In this document: piece after piece, positions 28,312 through 38,994 of the stretch | Layout: the number at the start of each line of letters is the position of its first letter | Position numbering within the stretch: position 1 is the stretch's first letter | NCBI GenBank assembly: GCA_963799485.1 | Contig: CAWCXJ010000006.1 | Coordinates: 192,001-256,000, forward strand | DNA from: an uncultured Trueperaceae bacterium | Lineage (GTDB): Bacteria > Deinococcota > Deinococci > Deinococcales > Trueperaceae | Direction: 5' to 3' | DNA length: 64,000 bases | Program-made: the position numbers and the translations under genes | Notes under the pieces: model-generated | Seen by the model: the letters and a program-made list of their open reading frames with translations, nothing else | Databases searched by the model: none | Told to the model about the DNA's origin: nothing

Positions 28312-31278
28312 ATGTTTGGTTTTATCCAGAAAATGTTCGACAACAACGAAAGAGATGTTCGCCGCATCGAAAAAGATATCGTCGCAGCGGTCAATGCGCT
28401 CGAGCCCAAACTTAAAGACGTACACGACTTGGCTGCCGAGTACACCAAACTCAGAGAGCGTTACAAGGGTGGTGAAGGTGAAACCCTTACCGAGCTGATG
28501 CCCGAAGCGTTCGCCCTAGTCCGCGAGTCGGCGGTGCGTAACCTGGGCATCCGCCACTACGACGTACAGCTTATCGGCGGCGTGTCCTTGCACCAAGGCA
28601 AAATGGCCGAGATGAAAACGGGGGAGGGCAAAACGCTCGTCGCCACGCTCGCCTTGGCCTTAAACGCCATTCCCGGTCACGGCGCGCACTTAGTCACTGC
28701 CAACGACTACCTGGCGAGTACCGGGGCCGAGTGGATGGGGCCGGTCTACCGGGGTTTGGGTCTCACCGTCGGCGTGATTTCACACGACCTCAAACCCGAC
28801 CAGCGCCGCGCCGCGTATGGCTGCGACGTGACCTACATGACGAACTCGGAGCTCGGTTTCGACTACCTGCGCGACAATATGGCGTTTCGCCCCGAACAGC
28901 TTGTACTGCGCGAGGACGTCCCGCTGCACTACGCCATCATCGACGAGGTGGATTCGATTCTCATCGACGAGGCGCGCACCCCGCTGATTATCTCCGGCCC
29001 TGCCGAACTCGCCACCGATAAATACTACGTGATGGCGAAGATTGCCGGGACGATGGAACGCGGCGAACCCGCCGAAGGCGATAAACCTGCCACCGGCGAC
29101 TTTAGCGCCGACGAAAAGACCAAAGACATCCACCTGACTGAAAACGGCATCACCAAGGCCGAGAAAGCCTTGGGTGTCGACGACCTTTTCAGCGCCAAGA
29201 ATATGGAACTCGGGCACATGGTGCGGCAAGCGCTCCGCGCCCGGATGCACTACCACTTAGACAAACAGTATGTAAAGGACGAGGCTGGTCAGATCGTAAT
29301 TGTAGACGAGTTTACCGGGCGCTTGATGCCCGGTCGCCGCTTCGGTGAAGGGCTTCACCAGGCGATCGAGGCCAAAGAAGGCGTCAAGATCGAACGTGAG
29401 AACCAGACGCTCGCGACGATCACCTACCAGAACTTTTTCAAGCTTTACGGCAAAATTGCGGGGATGACCGGGACGGCGAAAACCGAAGAGAAAGAGTTTC
29501 AGGAAATTTACGCCACCGACGTCTTGACCATCCCTACGAACAAACCCGTTATCCGTAAAGACGCCGAAGATATCGTCTACCGCACCGAAGCGGGCAAATA
29601 CGGTGCGGTCGTCGCGGAGATCGAAGAGCTGCACAAGACCGGGCAGCCGATCCTGGTCGGCACTGTCACTATCGAAGCGTCCGAGCGGCTCTCGACGATG
29701 CTCAAGCGCAAAGGCATCAAGCACCAGGTCTTGAACGCCAAATATCACGAGCGTGAAGCGGAAATCGTCTCGCAGGCGGGGCGAAGCAGCGCCGTTACGA
29801 TTTCGACGAACATGGCCGGTCGCGGGACCGACATCGTCCTCGGGGGGAACCCCGAAGCGTTGGCCGGACAGCTTTTGGAGCGCCAGGGCACGAGCCGTTA
29901 CGACGAAAACGTCGAGTTGTTTATCAAGCTAGTCATGCGCGGCAAAACCGACGAAGCTCGAGAGATTGCCCGCGAAGTCGAAAGCTTACCCGAAGACATC
30001 ATCCCGACGTTGGAAAAACTGCGCGATGAGGCCAAAACCGACCATGAAAAGGTCGTCGGTTTAGGTGGGCTCCACATCATCGGCACGGAGCGTCACGAAT
30101 CGCGGCGTATCGATAATCAGCTGCGCGGGCGTTCGGGGCGGCAGGGTGACCCCGGCAGCAGCCGCTTTTACGTCTCGTTCGAAGACGACCTGATGCGGCT
30201 TTTTGCCAACGAGCGCGTGTTGGGCATGATGGACAGGCTCGGAATGGACGACGCGCAGCCCATCGAGGCGAAGATGGTCACAGGGGCCATCGAGCGGGCA
30301 CAAAAACGCGTCGAAGACCGCAACTTCGGCATTCGTAAACAGCTCTTGGAATTCGACAATGTGATGAGCAAGCAGCGTGAGGTGATCTACAAGCAGCGCC
30401 GCGACATTTTGCTCGGTACAGACATTTCCGACGACGTGCAAGACATGATCGCCGAATATGTGGACGCGCAGGTGCAGAACTACCTGAATAAAGAGCTCGA
30501 GGCCGAAGAGCAGGACATCGCCGCGCTGAGAACCGCCGTTATCGACGCCGTACCCGCGCTCGAGAACTTCGACTTTGAAACCCTTCGCGGCGTCGAACCC
30601 GACGAAGCGACCGATACGCTGGTACCTGAACTCGAGCACGCCTACAAAGCCCGTGAAGCCGAACTCGGCGCGCCGCTGATGCGCGAGTTGGAGCGCTACA
30701 TCGTCTTGCAAGTGGTCGATAACGACTGGAAAGAACAGCTGCACGCGATGGACGTGCTCCGTCAAGGTATCGGTCTGCGCGGCTACGGTCAGCGCAACCC
30801 GCTGCAAGAGTACGCGTTTGAAGCGTTTAACCTGTTTGAAGAGATGAAGGGCAACATCCGCCTGCAGGTTGCCAAACTGCTCTTCCGTGTGCAGGTGCAG
30901 CAGCAGGCTCCGGTGCCGCAGCAGCGTGCGCCGCAACCTGTCCGCTACGAAGCGCCCGCCGCCGCGGACGGCGACAGCAGCGTCAGCACGACCTACGCGG
31001 GGGCGTCCGGTGGGGCGGTGTCCGCGAGCCTCAGTGGCGGTACAACAGGCGGTACAAATGCTCGGCCCCGAGCCCAGGCTCGCCCTACCTCCCTGCCCGC
31101 AAGTCCCGGCAATCCCTTCGGGCCGCAGCGCGGGTCTCAACCGCAAGGCACCGCGCAAAAGACGTTGCCGCTTCAGGCCGACGTAAAAGTCGGTCGTAAC
31201 GACCCTTGTCCGTGCGGCAGCGGCAAAAAGTTCAAGCATTGTCACGGGCGCGAGGTCGGCGTCGGTGCGGCTGACTAG
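28312..31278 (+). CDS. secA: Preprotein translocase SecA
   Basis: EMKTGEGKT, DEVDSILIDEARTPLIISG, TNMAGRGTDI, C-terminal GRNDPCPCGSGKKFKHCHG. Confidence 0.98.
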   Translation: MFGFIQKMFDNNERDVRRIEKDIVAAVNALEPKLKDVHDLAAEYTKLRERYKGGEGETLTELMPEAFALVRESAVRNLGIRHYDVQLIGGVSLHQGKMAEMKTGEGKTLVATLALALNAIPGHGAHLVTANDYLASTGAEWMGPVYRGLGLTVGVISHDLKPDQRRAAYGCDVTYMTNSELGFDYLRDNMAFRPEQLVLREDVPLHYAIIDEVDSILIDEARTPLIISGPAELATDKYYVMAKIAGTMERGEPAEGDKPATGDFSADEKTKDIHLTENGITKAEKALGVDDLFSAKNMELGHMVRQALRARMHYHLDKQYVKDEAGQIVIVDEFTGRLMPGRRFGEGLHQAIEAKEGVKIERENQTLATITYQNFFKLYGKIAGMTGTAKTEEKEFQEIYATDVLTIPTNKPVIRKDAEDIVYRTEAGKYGAVVAEIEELHKTGQPILVGTVTIEASERLSTMLKRKGIKHQVLNAKYHEREAEIVSQAGRSSAVTISTNMAGRGTDIVLGGNPEALAGQLLERQGTSRYDENVELFIKLVMRGKTDEAREIAREVESLPEDIIPTLEKLRDEAKTDHEKVVGLGGLHIIGTERHESRRIDNQLRGRSGRQGDPGSSRFYVSFEDDLMRLFANERVLGMMDRLGMDDAQPIEAKMVTGAIERAQKRVEDRNFGIRKQLLEFDNVMSKQREVIYKQRRDILLGTDISDDVQDMIAEYVDAQVQNYLNKELEAEEQDIAALRTAVIDAVPALENFDFETLRGVEPDEATDTLVPELEHAYKAREAELGAPLMRELERYIVLQVVDNDWKEQLHAMDVLRQGIGLRGYGQRNPLQEYAFEAFNLFEEMKGNIRLQVAKLLFRVQVQQQAPVPQQRAPQPVRYEAPAAADGDSSVSTTYAGASGGAVSASLSGGTTGGTNARPRAQARPTSLPASPGNPFGPQRGSQPQGTAQKTLPLQADVKVGRNDPCPCGSGKKFKHCHGREVGVGAAD

Positions 31279-31304
31279 CCGCGTAAGCCAAACGAATCCT
31301 GCCC

Positions 31305-31329
31305 GGGCCGAGTTTACTCGGTCCTTTTT
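31305..31329 (+). terminator. secA terminator
   Basis: GGGCCGAGT-tt-ACTCGGTCC-TTTTT. Confidence 0.75.
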
Positions 31330-31369
31330 GCTACCTGTAGCAATCCCATGTTTTACTGCTCCGGCCCAT

Positions 31370-31520
31370 AGCTACAATGCCGGCTCATAGCCACAGTGAT
31401 TGAGAACTTGTTCGCAGGTAACGGCTTGGACCGCTTCACAGAAGGCTTGGGTAAGAGCATCCAGCGTTTCAGGGCGAAGCGCTTTGATAAAGCTTTGATT
31501 AAGGCGTGCTCGAGCGCCTT
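31370..31520 (-). pseudogene. Second IS630-family transposase remnant (3' end)
   Basis: Similar to 6490-6610 (shared CGAAGCGCTTTGATAAAG, TAGCCACA); reads IKALRPETLDALTQAFCEAV...NHCGY. Confidence 0.7.
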
Positions 31521-31572
31521 GTCCGCGTCGTCTTCCCACGCCAGTGCTTTGGCTTTACGCGCCAGCAATAAT

Positions 31573-32556
31573 CTAAAACCGAAACGCGTAAGAGCCTCTT
31601 GCCAACAGGGGCGGTACGCCGAAGTCGTTGGCGGGTGCCGCGCCCAGCTCGAGCCCCACCGCACCCGGCCCGAGCGCCGTTCCGAGGGCGAGGTTGGCGC
31701 GGTAGGGCGGTGCAGTTTTACGGTAGGGCTCGGCGGCGACTTCGGCGCGGTAAGAAAATCTCCCGGTTTCACCCGAGACGCTGCCCCGAAAACCGGGCCG
31801 GACACCTTCACCACTCGAGCCCAGCAGCAGCGCGCCGGTCAGGGGCGGCAAACCCCGGCGGTTGAGCTGATATTCGGCTCCCAGCGCAGTAAAGGCACGC
31901 CCGTCACCCGGCCCGGTATGGGCCTCCAAGAGCACTACCGCGTTGTCACGTTCTATCAGGCGGCGCAGCTGTAGCCGCGTGTCGAGGCCGATTCCGAGCC
32001 CCGACCCCGACTGATAACTGAGCGCAGGGGTCGCCGTAAGCAGTAGCGTTCGGCCGAGGCGCTGAGTTGCGCCAACTGCAAGGTACGCGCCGACACCGGT
32101 AGCGCCAGCTGTAGCAGAAAAGAAGGGGCGGCTGCCGAGCGCGTAGGCGGTCGTCGGCGCAAACGCACCGGGGTTGCGGTTGAAGACAGCCAGTGAAGCG
32201 TCCAAGCCGGTTGCGGCGAGCGCCCCCGAAGCATCGACGCCCAGCTCGAACGCGCCGACTGTACTGGCGTCGGCGCGGCCCAAAGCGCTTACCGTTCCGA
32301 GAGGGCCAAACGAGTTGCGAAAGCGCAGCGCCGCACCCAGCTCGAGCGGGCCCGTAAGGGCGTCGGCAACGCGTAAGTCGAGCGTTGCCCGGCCCAGGTC
32401 GAGTTCGCGGAGCTGGACTTCGGGCTCGAGCGTACCGCCGTAAGAAAGGGCCACGCCGAACGTCTGCGCCGAGCTGCTGCCGAGTACGAGCAACCCGAAC
32501 GCCGTAAGCGAGACCGACAGCTGTTTGACGAAGGTTCTGCGTCTAAAATAGGTCAT
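31573..32556 (-). CDS. Exported hypothetical protein, possible outer-membrane beta-barrel
   Basis: Signal peptide; amphipathic strands; C-terminal YAFRF. Confidence 0.6.
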   Translation of the reverse strand: MTYFRRRTFVKQLSVSLTAFGLLVLGSSSAQTFGVALSYGGTLEPEVQLRELDLGRATLDLRVADALTGPLELGAALRFRNSFGPLGTVSALGRADASTVGAFELGVDASGALAATGLDASLAVFNRNPGAFAPTTAYALGSRPFFSATAGATGVGAYLAVGATQRLGRTLLLTATPALSYQSGSGLGIGLDTRLQLRRLIERDNAVVLLEAHTGPGDGRAFTALGAEYQLNRRGLPPLTGALLLGSSGEGVRPGFRGSVSGETGRFSYRAEVAAEPYRKTAPPYRANLALGTALGPGAVGLELGAAPANDFGVPPLLARGSYAFRF

Positions 32557-32849
32557 ACGCAACTATAGCGGCTCGAGGTCTTTGCTTAGCCGATCAACCT
32601 CTGTAACGGGTGAGAAACGGTACAAAAGCGGTGAACAGCAGCGCGGAAGATGGTACATTTTAGGCGGGTGTGCCTGTGTCAATACCCGGTCGTTTTGCCT
32701 GTTGGTACAGACTTTCGCCGGTAACTTTCCGCCTACAGTCAGGTTCGACCCGTCGCGGCTGCACAAAACAGCAAAAAGCGGTGTAGCAGCAGGGCCGTAA
32801 AAAGCACTGAGCCGTAAAGCACGAGCCGCGCAAAACAGAGAAGAGGAAC

Positions 32850-35393
32850 ATGAACATTCTTGGACACATGACCGTCCTGCCCGACGTACCCAAACGCATC
32901 GCGCGTCTGGGCGACCTCTCGAACAACCTTTACTGGACGTGGCGTCCCGACGCGCGCCGGCTTTTTCGCCGCCTCGACCCGGAGCTGTGGGAGCAGGTCG
33001 GTCACAGCCCCATCGAGATGTTGCGCGACATCGCCCAGGACAGGCTCGAGGCTGCCGCCCAAAATCCCGAATACCTGGCACTCTACGATGAGGTCGTCGG
33101 GGCCTTCGACGCGTATGTACACCGGGCCAAAAGCTGGTTCAGCGAGTACTCGAGCGGTAAACCGGGCGACGTGTACGCGTACTTTTGCATGGAATACGGC
33201 TGGCACGAGGCCGTCGCGCTCTACTCGGGTGGTCTGGGCGTTTTAGCAGGCGACCACACGAAAGCTGCCTCGGATTTGGGCGTCCCGCTCGTCGCGGTCG
33301 GGCCGTGGTTTCCCGAAGGCTACTTCCACCAGCGCGTCGCACTCTCCGGCGAGCAAGAGGCGTTTTACGAACGCCTGAGTCCAAGTGAGATGCCTTTTAC
33401 GCCGGTTCTCAAGGACGGCGAGGAAGTGCGCGTCGGCGTAACCATGCAGGGCCGCGAGGTGCAGCTCAGGGCGTGGCATTTAGCGGTCGGCACGGTTTCC
33501 GTGTATTTGCTCGACACCGACGTACCGGAAAACTCACCTGAAGACAGAGGGCTCCTCTCACGACTTTACGGCGGCGACCAGCGTACCCGGATTGCCCAGG
33601 AGATTCTCCTGGGTATCGGCGGCGTCCGGTTGCTGCGGGCGCTCGGTATCGCCCCGACCTCGTGGCACATGAACGAAGGCCACAGCGCCTTTATGCCTTT
33701 GGAGCGCTGCCGCGAACTCGTCGAGGCGGGGCTGCCGTTTTCCGTAGCGCGAGAGGTTATCGCGGCCGGTACGGTTTTTACGGTTCACACGCCGGTCGCC
33801 GCCGGCAACGACACCTTCCCGTTCGACCTCATCAATCAGTTTTTCAGTGGCTTTTGGGGCAGCCTGGGTCTGAGTCAGAGCGAGTTTCACGACCTGGGCC
33901 GTCACGACCACGGGTGGGGGCCGGTCTTCAGTATGCCCGCGCTGGCGCTGCGTTTTTCTACCGGGCGTAACGGCGTCGCCAAGCTGCACGGCGAAACCTC
34001 ACGCGAAATCTGGCGCGACCTCTGGCCCGAAGTGCCGACCGACGAGGTGCCGATTACGCACATCACCAACGGCGTTCACGACAAAACCTGGGTGGCCCCT
34101 GAAGTTCATGAACTGGTCGATACCGTGTTACCCCCCGACTGGCGCGAGCGTTTCGACGACGCGGCGATGTGGGCCGGGGTCAAGAAACTCGACAACGCCA
34201 AACTCTGGGCGGCGCGGCAAGAGCTGAACCAGCAGAGCATCGAGTTTTTCCGACAGCGGCTGGCGCGGCAGCGCACCCGCTACGGTGCGAGCCCGACGGC
34301 GGTACGCGAGAGCGAAACGTTATTCAACAAAAATACCTTGACGATTGGGTTCGCGCGCCGGTTTGCGACCTATAAACGTGCGACGCTTATCTTCCGCGAC
34401 TTAGACCGGTTGGCGCGCATCCTGGGCGACCCCGACAAACCTGTGCAGCTCGTCTTTGCAGGCAAAGCGCACCCCGCCGACAAACCGGGGCAGGCGCTGA
34501 TTTCGACGATTCAGGCGTTGTCGCAAGAACCGCGTTTTGCGGGCAAGATTCTGTTTATCGAAGACTACGACATGGCCATCGGCCGGGCGATGACACGCGG
34601 CGTCGATGTCTGGCTCAACAACCCGCGCAGGCCGCTCGAGGCGTCCGGAACCAGCGGGCAAAAAGCCGCGATGAACGGCATTTTGAACTTGTCCATCTTG
34701 GACGGCTGGTGGCCTGAAGGTTTCGACGGAGACAACGGCTGGGCGATCGGCTCGGGCGTCAATATGTCCGTTTCGGACGCTGCCGACGCTGCCGACGCCG
34801 ACGCGCTTTACGACCTTTTGGAGCACGAAGTCGTGCCGCTCTACTACGAACGCGACGCCGACGGCGTGCCGCAACGCTGGATGGAGCGCTCGAAAGATTC
34901 GATTGCTACCATCAGCCCGGCGTTTAACGCCCGCCGCATGGTCAAAGATTACGTCGAGCGGTTTTACGCCCCCGCCGCCGAACGTGCGCGGCAGCTCTCG
35001 GCTGACAAGTATGCACACGCAGAGGCGTTGGCCGAGTGGCGGCAAAAGGTTCAAAGTAGCTGGCACGGCGTTTATATCAGCGCTAAACCCTTGCAAACGG
35101 CGTCGGCGCGCATCGGCGAGACGCTGCAGATCGAAGCGGTTGTCAACCCGCGCGACTTCGAGCAGGAGGAGCTGTGTGTGGAACTCGTCTACAGCCCCGA
35201 AACGGACGCGCTAGAGCACAACCTGCACACGGTGACGCTGAGGTGCGCCGAACAGTATGAGGACGGCGGCTGCTTGTACCGCGCGACGTTTACGCCAGCT
35301 GTCAGTGGACAACTCGCCTACGGCGTCCGGGTTTATCCGCTGAACAAAGCGCTCGTAAGTCCTTTCGACGCGCACGCCATCCGCTGGGCCTGA
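32850..35393 (+). CDS. glgP: Alpha-glucan (glycogen) phosphorylase
   Basis: YSGGLGVLAGDH, HMNEGH, ARRFATYKR, EASGTSGQKAAMNG. Confidence 0.95.
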   Translation: MNILGHMTVLPDVPKRIARLGDLSNNLYWTWRPDARRLFRRLDPELWEQVGHSPIEMLRDIAQDRLEAAAQNPEYLALYDEVVGAFDAYVHRAKSWFSEYSSGKPGDVYAYFCMEYGWHEAVALYSGGLGVLAGDHTKAASDLGVPLVAVGPWFPEGYFHQRVALSGEQEAFYERLSPSEMPFTPVLKDGEEVRVGVTMQGREVQLRAWHLAVGTVSVYLLDTDVPENSPEDRGLLSRLYGGDQRTRIAQEILLGIGGVRLLRALGIAPTSWHMNEGHSAFMPLERCRELVEAGLPFSVAREVIAAGTVFTVHTPVAAGNDTFPFDLINQFFSGFWGSLGLSQSEFHDLGRHDHGWGPVFSMPALALRFSTGRNGVAKLHGETSREIWRDLWPEVPTDEVPITHITNGVHDKTWVAPEVHELVDTVLPPDWRERFDDAAMWAGVKKLDNAKLWAARQELNQQSIEFFRQRLARQRTRYGASPTAVRESETLFNKNTLTIGFARRFATYKRATLIFRDLDRLARILGDPDKPVQLVFAGKAHPADKPGQALISTIQALSQEPRFAGKILFIEDYDMAIGRAMTRGVDVWLNNPRRPLEASGTSGQKAAMNGILNLSILDGWWPEGFDGDNGWAIGSGVNMSVSDAADAADADALYDLLEHEVVPLYYERDADGVPQRWMERSKDSIATISPAFNARRMVKDYVERFYAPAAERARQLSADKYAHAEALAEWRQKVQSSWHGVYISAKPLQTASARIGETLQIEAVVNPRDFEQEELCVELVYSPETDALEHNLHTVTLRCAEQYEDGGCLYRATFTPAVSGQLAYGVRVYPLNKALVSPFDAHAIRWA

Positions 35394-35426
35394 GCAGTTC
35401 GTTTTCGGTTTTTAGAAGAGATTTGG

Positions 35427-35451
35427 AAGAGCAGGTTCGCCTGCTCTTTTT
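35427..35451 (+). terminator. glgP terminator
   Basis: AAGAGCAGG-ttcg-CCTGCTCTT-TTT. Confidence 0.85.
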
Positions 35452-35574
35452 CTCCGCTATTTTTGCGGTTTACGGGGAGGACTTTTCCAAGTGTTTCTCT
35501 ACAAATTGCTTACCGGCGGTGTTTGTCCCAACAGCTTTCTTACGGGTCTGCTGACTTAGCAAAAGGTTAAAAGC

Positions 35575-35919
35575 TTAAAGGCAAGCGCTCTGCCGCTTGA
35601 ACGACAAGATGTAATCAAGGGCTCTTCCCAGCGGATACGTTAAAACAGGTTCACCGCCCGGCGCGGCGTCGAGCCAAAGTTTTACGGCCCCTTGAGCCAG
35701 AGCCGCTCTAAACAGCTCCTCTTTGGCGCGGTGGTCAGCTGCATACTGCACGGTCGCAACTTCGGTTTCAGGGAATCTTGCGAGGTGGGCCCTCGCCTCC
35801 GCTGCCCCCGTAAAAACGAGCGCGACACGCTCCCCCTCGGCTCGCAGCAGCGCAGGGTCCAAAACGCCGGGACGCGAACGCCCCAGAAAATAAAGCGGGC
35901 GGTCTAAAAATTCGCTCAT
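35575..35919 (-). CDS. Hypothetical protein
   Basis: 114-aa ORF with host-like composition. Confidence 0.6.
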   Translation of the reverse strand: MSEFLDRPLYFLGRSRPGVLDPALLRAEGERVALVFTGAAEARAHLARFPETEVATVQYAADHRAKEELFRAALAQGAVKLWLDAAPGGEPVLTYPLGRALDYILSFKRQSACL

Positions 35920-35949
35920 CGCCTCGGCTACGGTTGTCGAACGCCGTTT

Positions 35950-36237
35950 TTAGCGGTTACTCGCCGGATTCCAGTTCGTCCCGATATCGAACAGGCTCAG
36001 TGGCGGCTTCTCTTTGAACTGGTGCGGAACCCTCGCTTTCGCCGCCGCTACTGCCACGGTGTTAGCCCCGCCGCTCGCCGCGTTCTGGTCGATAATCACG
36101 CCGGAAATCTGGATATTCTGCTCACCGTCTAAAACGGTGCTTTCGCCCTCTTGCGTGTTGGGGCTGAGATTACAAGCCGCCAGAACCGCAGCAAGACTTA
36201 TACCTAAAAGCGTTGATAAAACGGCCCTATTCACCAT
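35950..36237 (-). CDS. Short lipoprotein, possibly truncated
   Basis: GGAGG SD; lipobox LAAC after a hydrophobic stretch. Confidence 0.55.
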   Translation of the reverse strand: MVNRAVLSTLLGISLAAVLAACNLSPNTQEGESTVLDGEQNIQISGVIIDQNAASGGANTVAVAAAKARVPHQFKEKPPLSLFDIGTNWNPASNR

Positions 36238-36373
36238 GTCATGCCTCCGGAACACTTCAGTCCGTCTAGTTTAACAGGACACAGCGCAGGTGTAGGGCGA
36301 AATGTCCCGTTACCCTTCCCGGTGGTCGGCGGTAGGTGCTACCGGCGCAGGTAACGCGCTAGAATAGCCTTTA

Positions 36374-38845
36374 ATGGATATCGACCGCGAAGTGCTCTAC
36401 ACATTCTTTCAGCAGCATCCTGAAAAACCCTGGCACCTTCAGGACGTGCAAAGACAACTCAAACTCAGCGACCGCGAAGACCTGCGCCGCGAACTCGCCA
36501 ACCTCGTCGAGGAGGGACGGCTGATCCGCACGCGCCGCCGCACCTACGGCTTGCCGCAAGAGATGAACCTCCGGCCCGGACGGTTGCAGGTCACGTCGGG
36601 CGGGTACGGTTTTGTGATTTTAGACGGCGACGCCGGCGAAAAAGACCTGTTTATTCCGGCGGAAAGTCTTAACGGTGCGTGGGACGGCGACCGGGTGTTG
36701 GCAAGGCCCGACCGGGGCGGCGGCGAAAAACCTTCGGGTGAGATCGTCCGCGTCTTGGAGCGTAAACACGACCGCGTGGTCGGAACTTTGGAGTATTCCC
36801 GTGGTTACGCCATCTTGCGTCCCGATTCGCCGCGTCTGCGCGAACGCATCTTGCTCTTGCCCGATTCGGTCGGCAAGCTTACGGCTGGCTCCCGTATCGT
36901 CGTCAAAATCATCTGGCCGGAAGACTCGGGTGAAAAAGACCCGTTCGGGGAACTCGAGGAGTCTCTGGGGGGCGGCGACTCCCCTGAAATCGAAACCAGG
37001 GCGGTCATCGTCAAGTTCGACCTCAAAGACGCCTTCGACGCCAAAACGCTCGCCGAAGCCGAAGCGGTGCCCGCTACGGTCTCGCCGGAAATGATGAGCG
37101 GTCGCACCGATATGCGCGGCGTCAACACCTTTACTATCGACGGGGCCGACGCCAAAGATTTCGACGACGCGATCTCGCTAGAGCGTTTAGGTAAGGGCAA
37201 AACGGCCCTGCTGCGCGTTGGGGTTCACATCGCCGACGTGTCGTACTACGTCGCTGAAGGTACCAGCTTAGACCGTGAGGCCAAGGAGCGCGCGACCAGC
37301 GTGTATTTGCCCGGTCAGGTGTTGCCGATGCTGCCCGAAGCGCTCTCGAACGGCATCTGTTCACTCGTCGAAGGGGAGCCGCGCCTGACGCTTTCGGTCT
37401 TTGCCGACCTGACCAAAGACGGCGAGGTCAAGCATATGGAGGTCAAGGAGACGGTCATCACCTCCGACGCCCGCCTGACTTACGAAGAGGTGCAGGCGTT
37501 TGCCGAGGGGGAAAAACTGCCGAAGGGCAAAGGCAAACTGGGCCGCGACATCACGCAGCTCTTGAAACTCACGCAAACGCTGCGCGAAGCGAGGCTCGAG
37601 AAGGGCGCACTCAACTTCGAGTTTACCGAAGCCAAAGTTGACGTGACCGACGAGGGCGAACTCAGCGTGACGCCGATCCGCCCGAATCAGGCGCGTCAAC
37701 TTATCGAAGAGCTGATGCTCCTAGCCAACCGGCTCGTCGCGCAAGACTTGTCCGCCAAAGACATCCCGGCGCTCTACCGCGTTCACGAAGACCCGAGTGA
37801 GGCTAAAGTGCAGGCGCTCGTCGGCAGTCTGGGGCGGCTCGGCTACAAGCTCGATATGACGCAAGCGGGCGCGGAAGACCTGCAGCGCATCATTCAAGAG
37901 GCCGCCGGAAAACCCGAAGCGCAGCTTGTGAATACGCTGCTGCTGCGCTCGCTTAAACAAGCTCGCTACAGCGCCGAAAACATGGGTCACTTTGGTTTGG
38001 CGTTCGAGCACTACCTGCACTTCACCTCACCGATTCGCCGTTACCCCGACCTCGTGGTTCACCGGGTTTTACGGGCGTCGCTGCAAAACCGCCTTTCGCC
38101 AACCTTAAAAGAACGGCTCAAAAGCGACTTTCCGGGCTTGGCTGAACACGTCAGTGAACGCGAACGTCTAGCCGAGGACGCCGAACGCGATCTGACGCGT
38201 TACTACCATGCGCGCTGGGCCAAAGAGCACCGCGGCGAGGTCTTTAACGGCCTGATTACCGGCGTGACGAACTTCGGTATCTTCGTGGCGCTGCCCAACG
38301 GCGTCGAGGGTTTGGTGCATGTGTCGCAGCTCGAGGACGACTACTACATGTACATCGAAGAGCAGATGATGATGCTCGGCAAATCGAGTAAAAAGAAGTT
38401 CCGGCTCGGCGGGCGGATGGAGGTGCGTATTCTGAACGCGAACCCGACCATCCGGCAGATCGACCTCGGCCCGAGCAGCGCCGAAGTGCCCGACGAACCT
38501 GAAGAAGAACGTCCGCAGCAGCACGCGCCGCGTCACCTCAAAACGCCGCTGAGCGCGGCGGCTGGTGCACCTAACGGCGTGGCTAAAGACCGTAGCCCGG
38601 AGCGTCATGCGGGCGCGCTCAATACCGACTCTGACGACGCTGAGGCCGGAGTGTCACGCGACGACGAGGTGCGTGAACTCGAGCGCCGTGAAGTCAGGCC
38701 CACGCGCGGTTCCGGTCGCGGTCGCGGCAAGCAGCGGAGCACTCAAACCGAAGCCAAAACTCAGGTCGCAGCCACACCGGAGACGCCGACCAAACCTGCG
38801 CGTAAACGCCGCGTGCTGGTCTTCGGCGAGCATCACAAAAAGTAA
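36374..38845 (+). CDS. rnr: Ribonuclease R
   Basis: TIDGADAKDFDDA, VHIADVS, HFTSPIRRYPDL, S1 domain, basic tail. Confidence 0.96.
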   Translation: MDIDREVLYTFFQQHPEKPWHLQDVQRQLKLSDREDLRRELANLVEEGRLIRTRRRTYGLPQEMNLRPGRLQVTSGGYGFVILDGDAGEKDLFIPAESLNGAWDGDRVLARPDRGGGEKPSGEIVRVLERKHDRVVGTLEYSRGYAILRPDSPRLRERILLLPDSVGKLTAGSRIVVKIIWPEDSGEKDPFGELEESLGGGDSPEIETRAVIVKFDLKDAFDAKTLAEAEAVPATVSPEMMSGRTDMRGVNTFTIDGADAKDFDDAISLERLGKGKTALLRVGVHIADVSYYVAEGTSLDREAKERATSVYLPGQVLPMLPEALSNGICSLVEGEPRLTLSVFADLTKDGEVKHMEVKETVITSDARLTYEEVQAFAEGEKLPKGKGKLGRDITQLLKLTQTLREARLEKGALNFEFTEAKVDVTDEGELSVTPIRPNQARQLIEELMLLANRLVAQDLSAKDIPALYRVHEDPSEAKVQALVGSLGRLGYKLDMTQAGAEDLQRIIQEAAGKPEAQLVNTLLLRSLKQARYSAENMGHFGLAFEHYLHFTSPIRRYPDLVVHRVLRASLQNRLSPTLKERLKSDFPGLAEHVSERERLAEDAERDLTRYYHARWAKEHRGEVFNGLITGVTNFGIFVALPNGVEGLVHVSQLEDDYYMYIEEQMMMLGKSSKKKFRLGGRMEVRILNANPTIRQIDLGPSSAEVPDEPEEERPQQHAPRHLKTPLSAAAGAPNGVAKDRSPERHAGALNTDSDDAEAGVSRDDEVRELERREVRPTRGSGRGRGKQRSTQTEAKTQVAATPETPTKPARKRRVLVFGEHHKK

Positions 38846-38859
38846 AGGCGTGACAAAGA

Positions 38860-38994
38860 ATGACTGAGCGTTCTCCTCTCATCGAACTTCTGGGTCTGGC
38901 ACCCCCGGCGCAAAACCACGGCACCGAACCGACGTTGGTTTCGTGTGTCGTCTCCCCGGCTTTTCACCCGGATGAATTTCGACTGGCATTTTAG
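38860..38994 (+). pseudogene. Internally deleted DUF985 (cupin_5)-like gene
   Basis: LIELLGLAP (family N-terminus) joined to TLVSCVVSPAFHPDEFRL (family C-terminus) in 44 aa. Confidence 0.55.

Noticed and set aside
30061..31245. 394-aa antisense ORF in secA and many similar shadow ORFs
   Set aside because: Expected from high-GC codon bias opposite real genes
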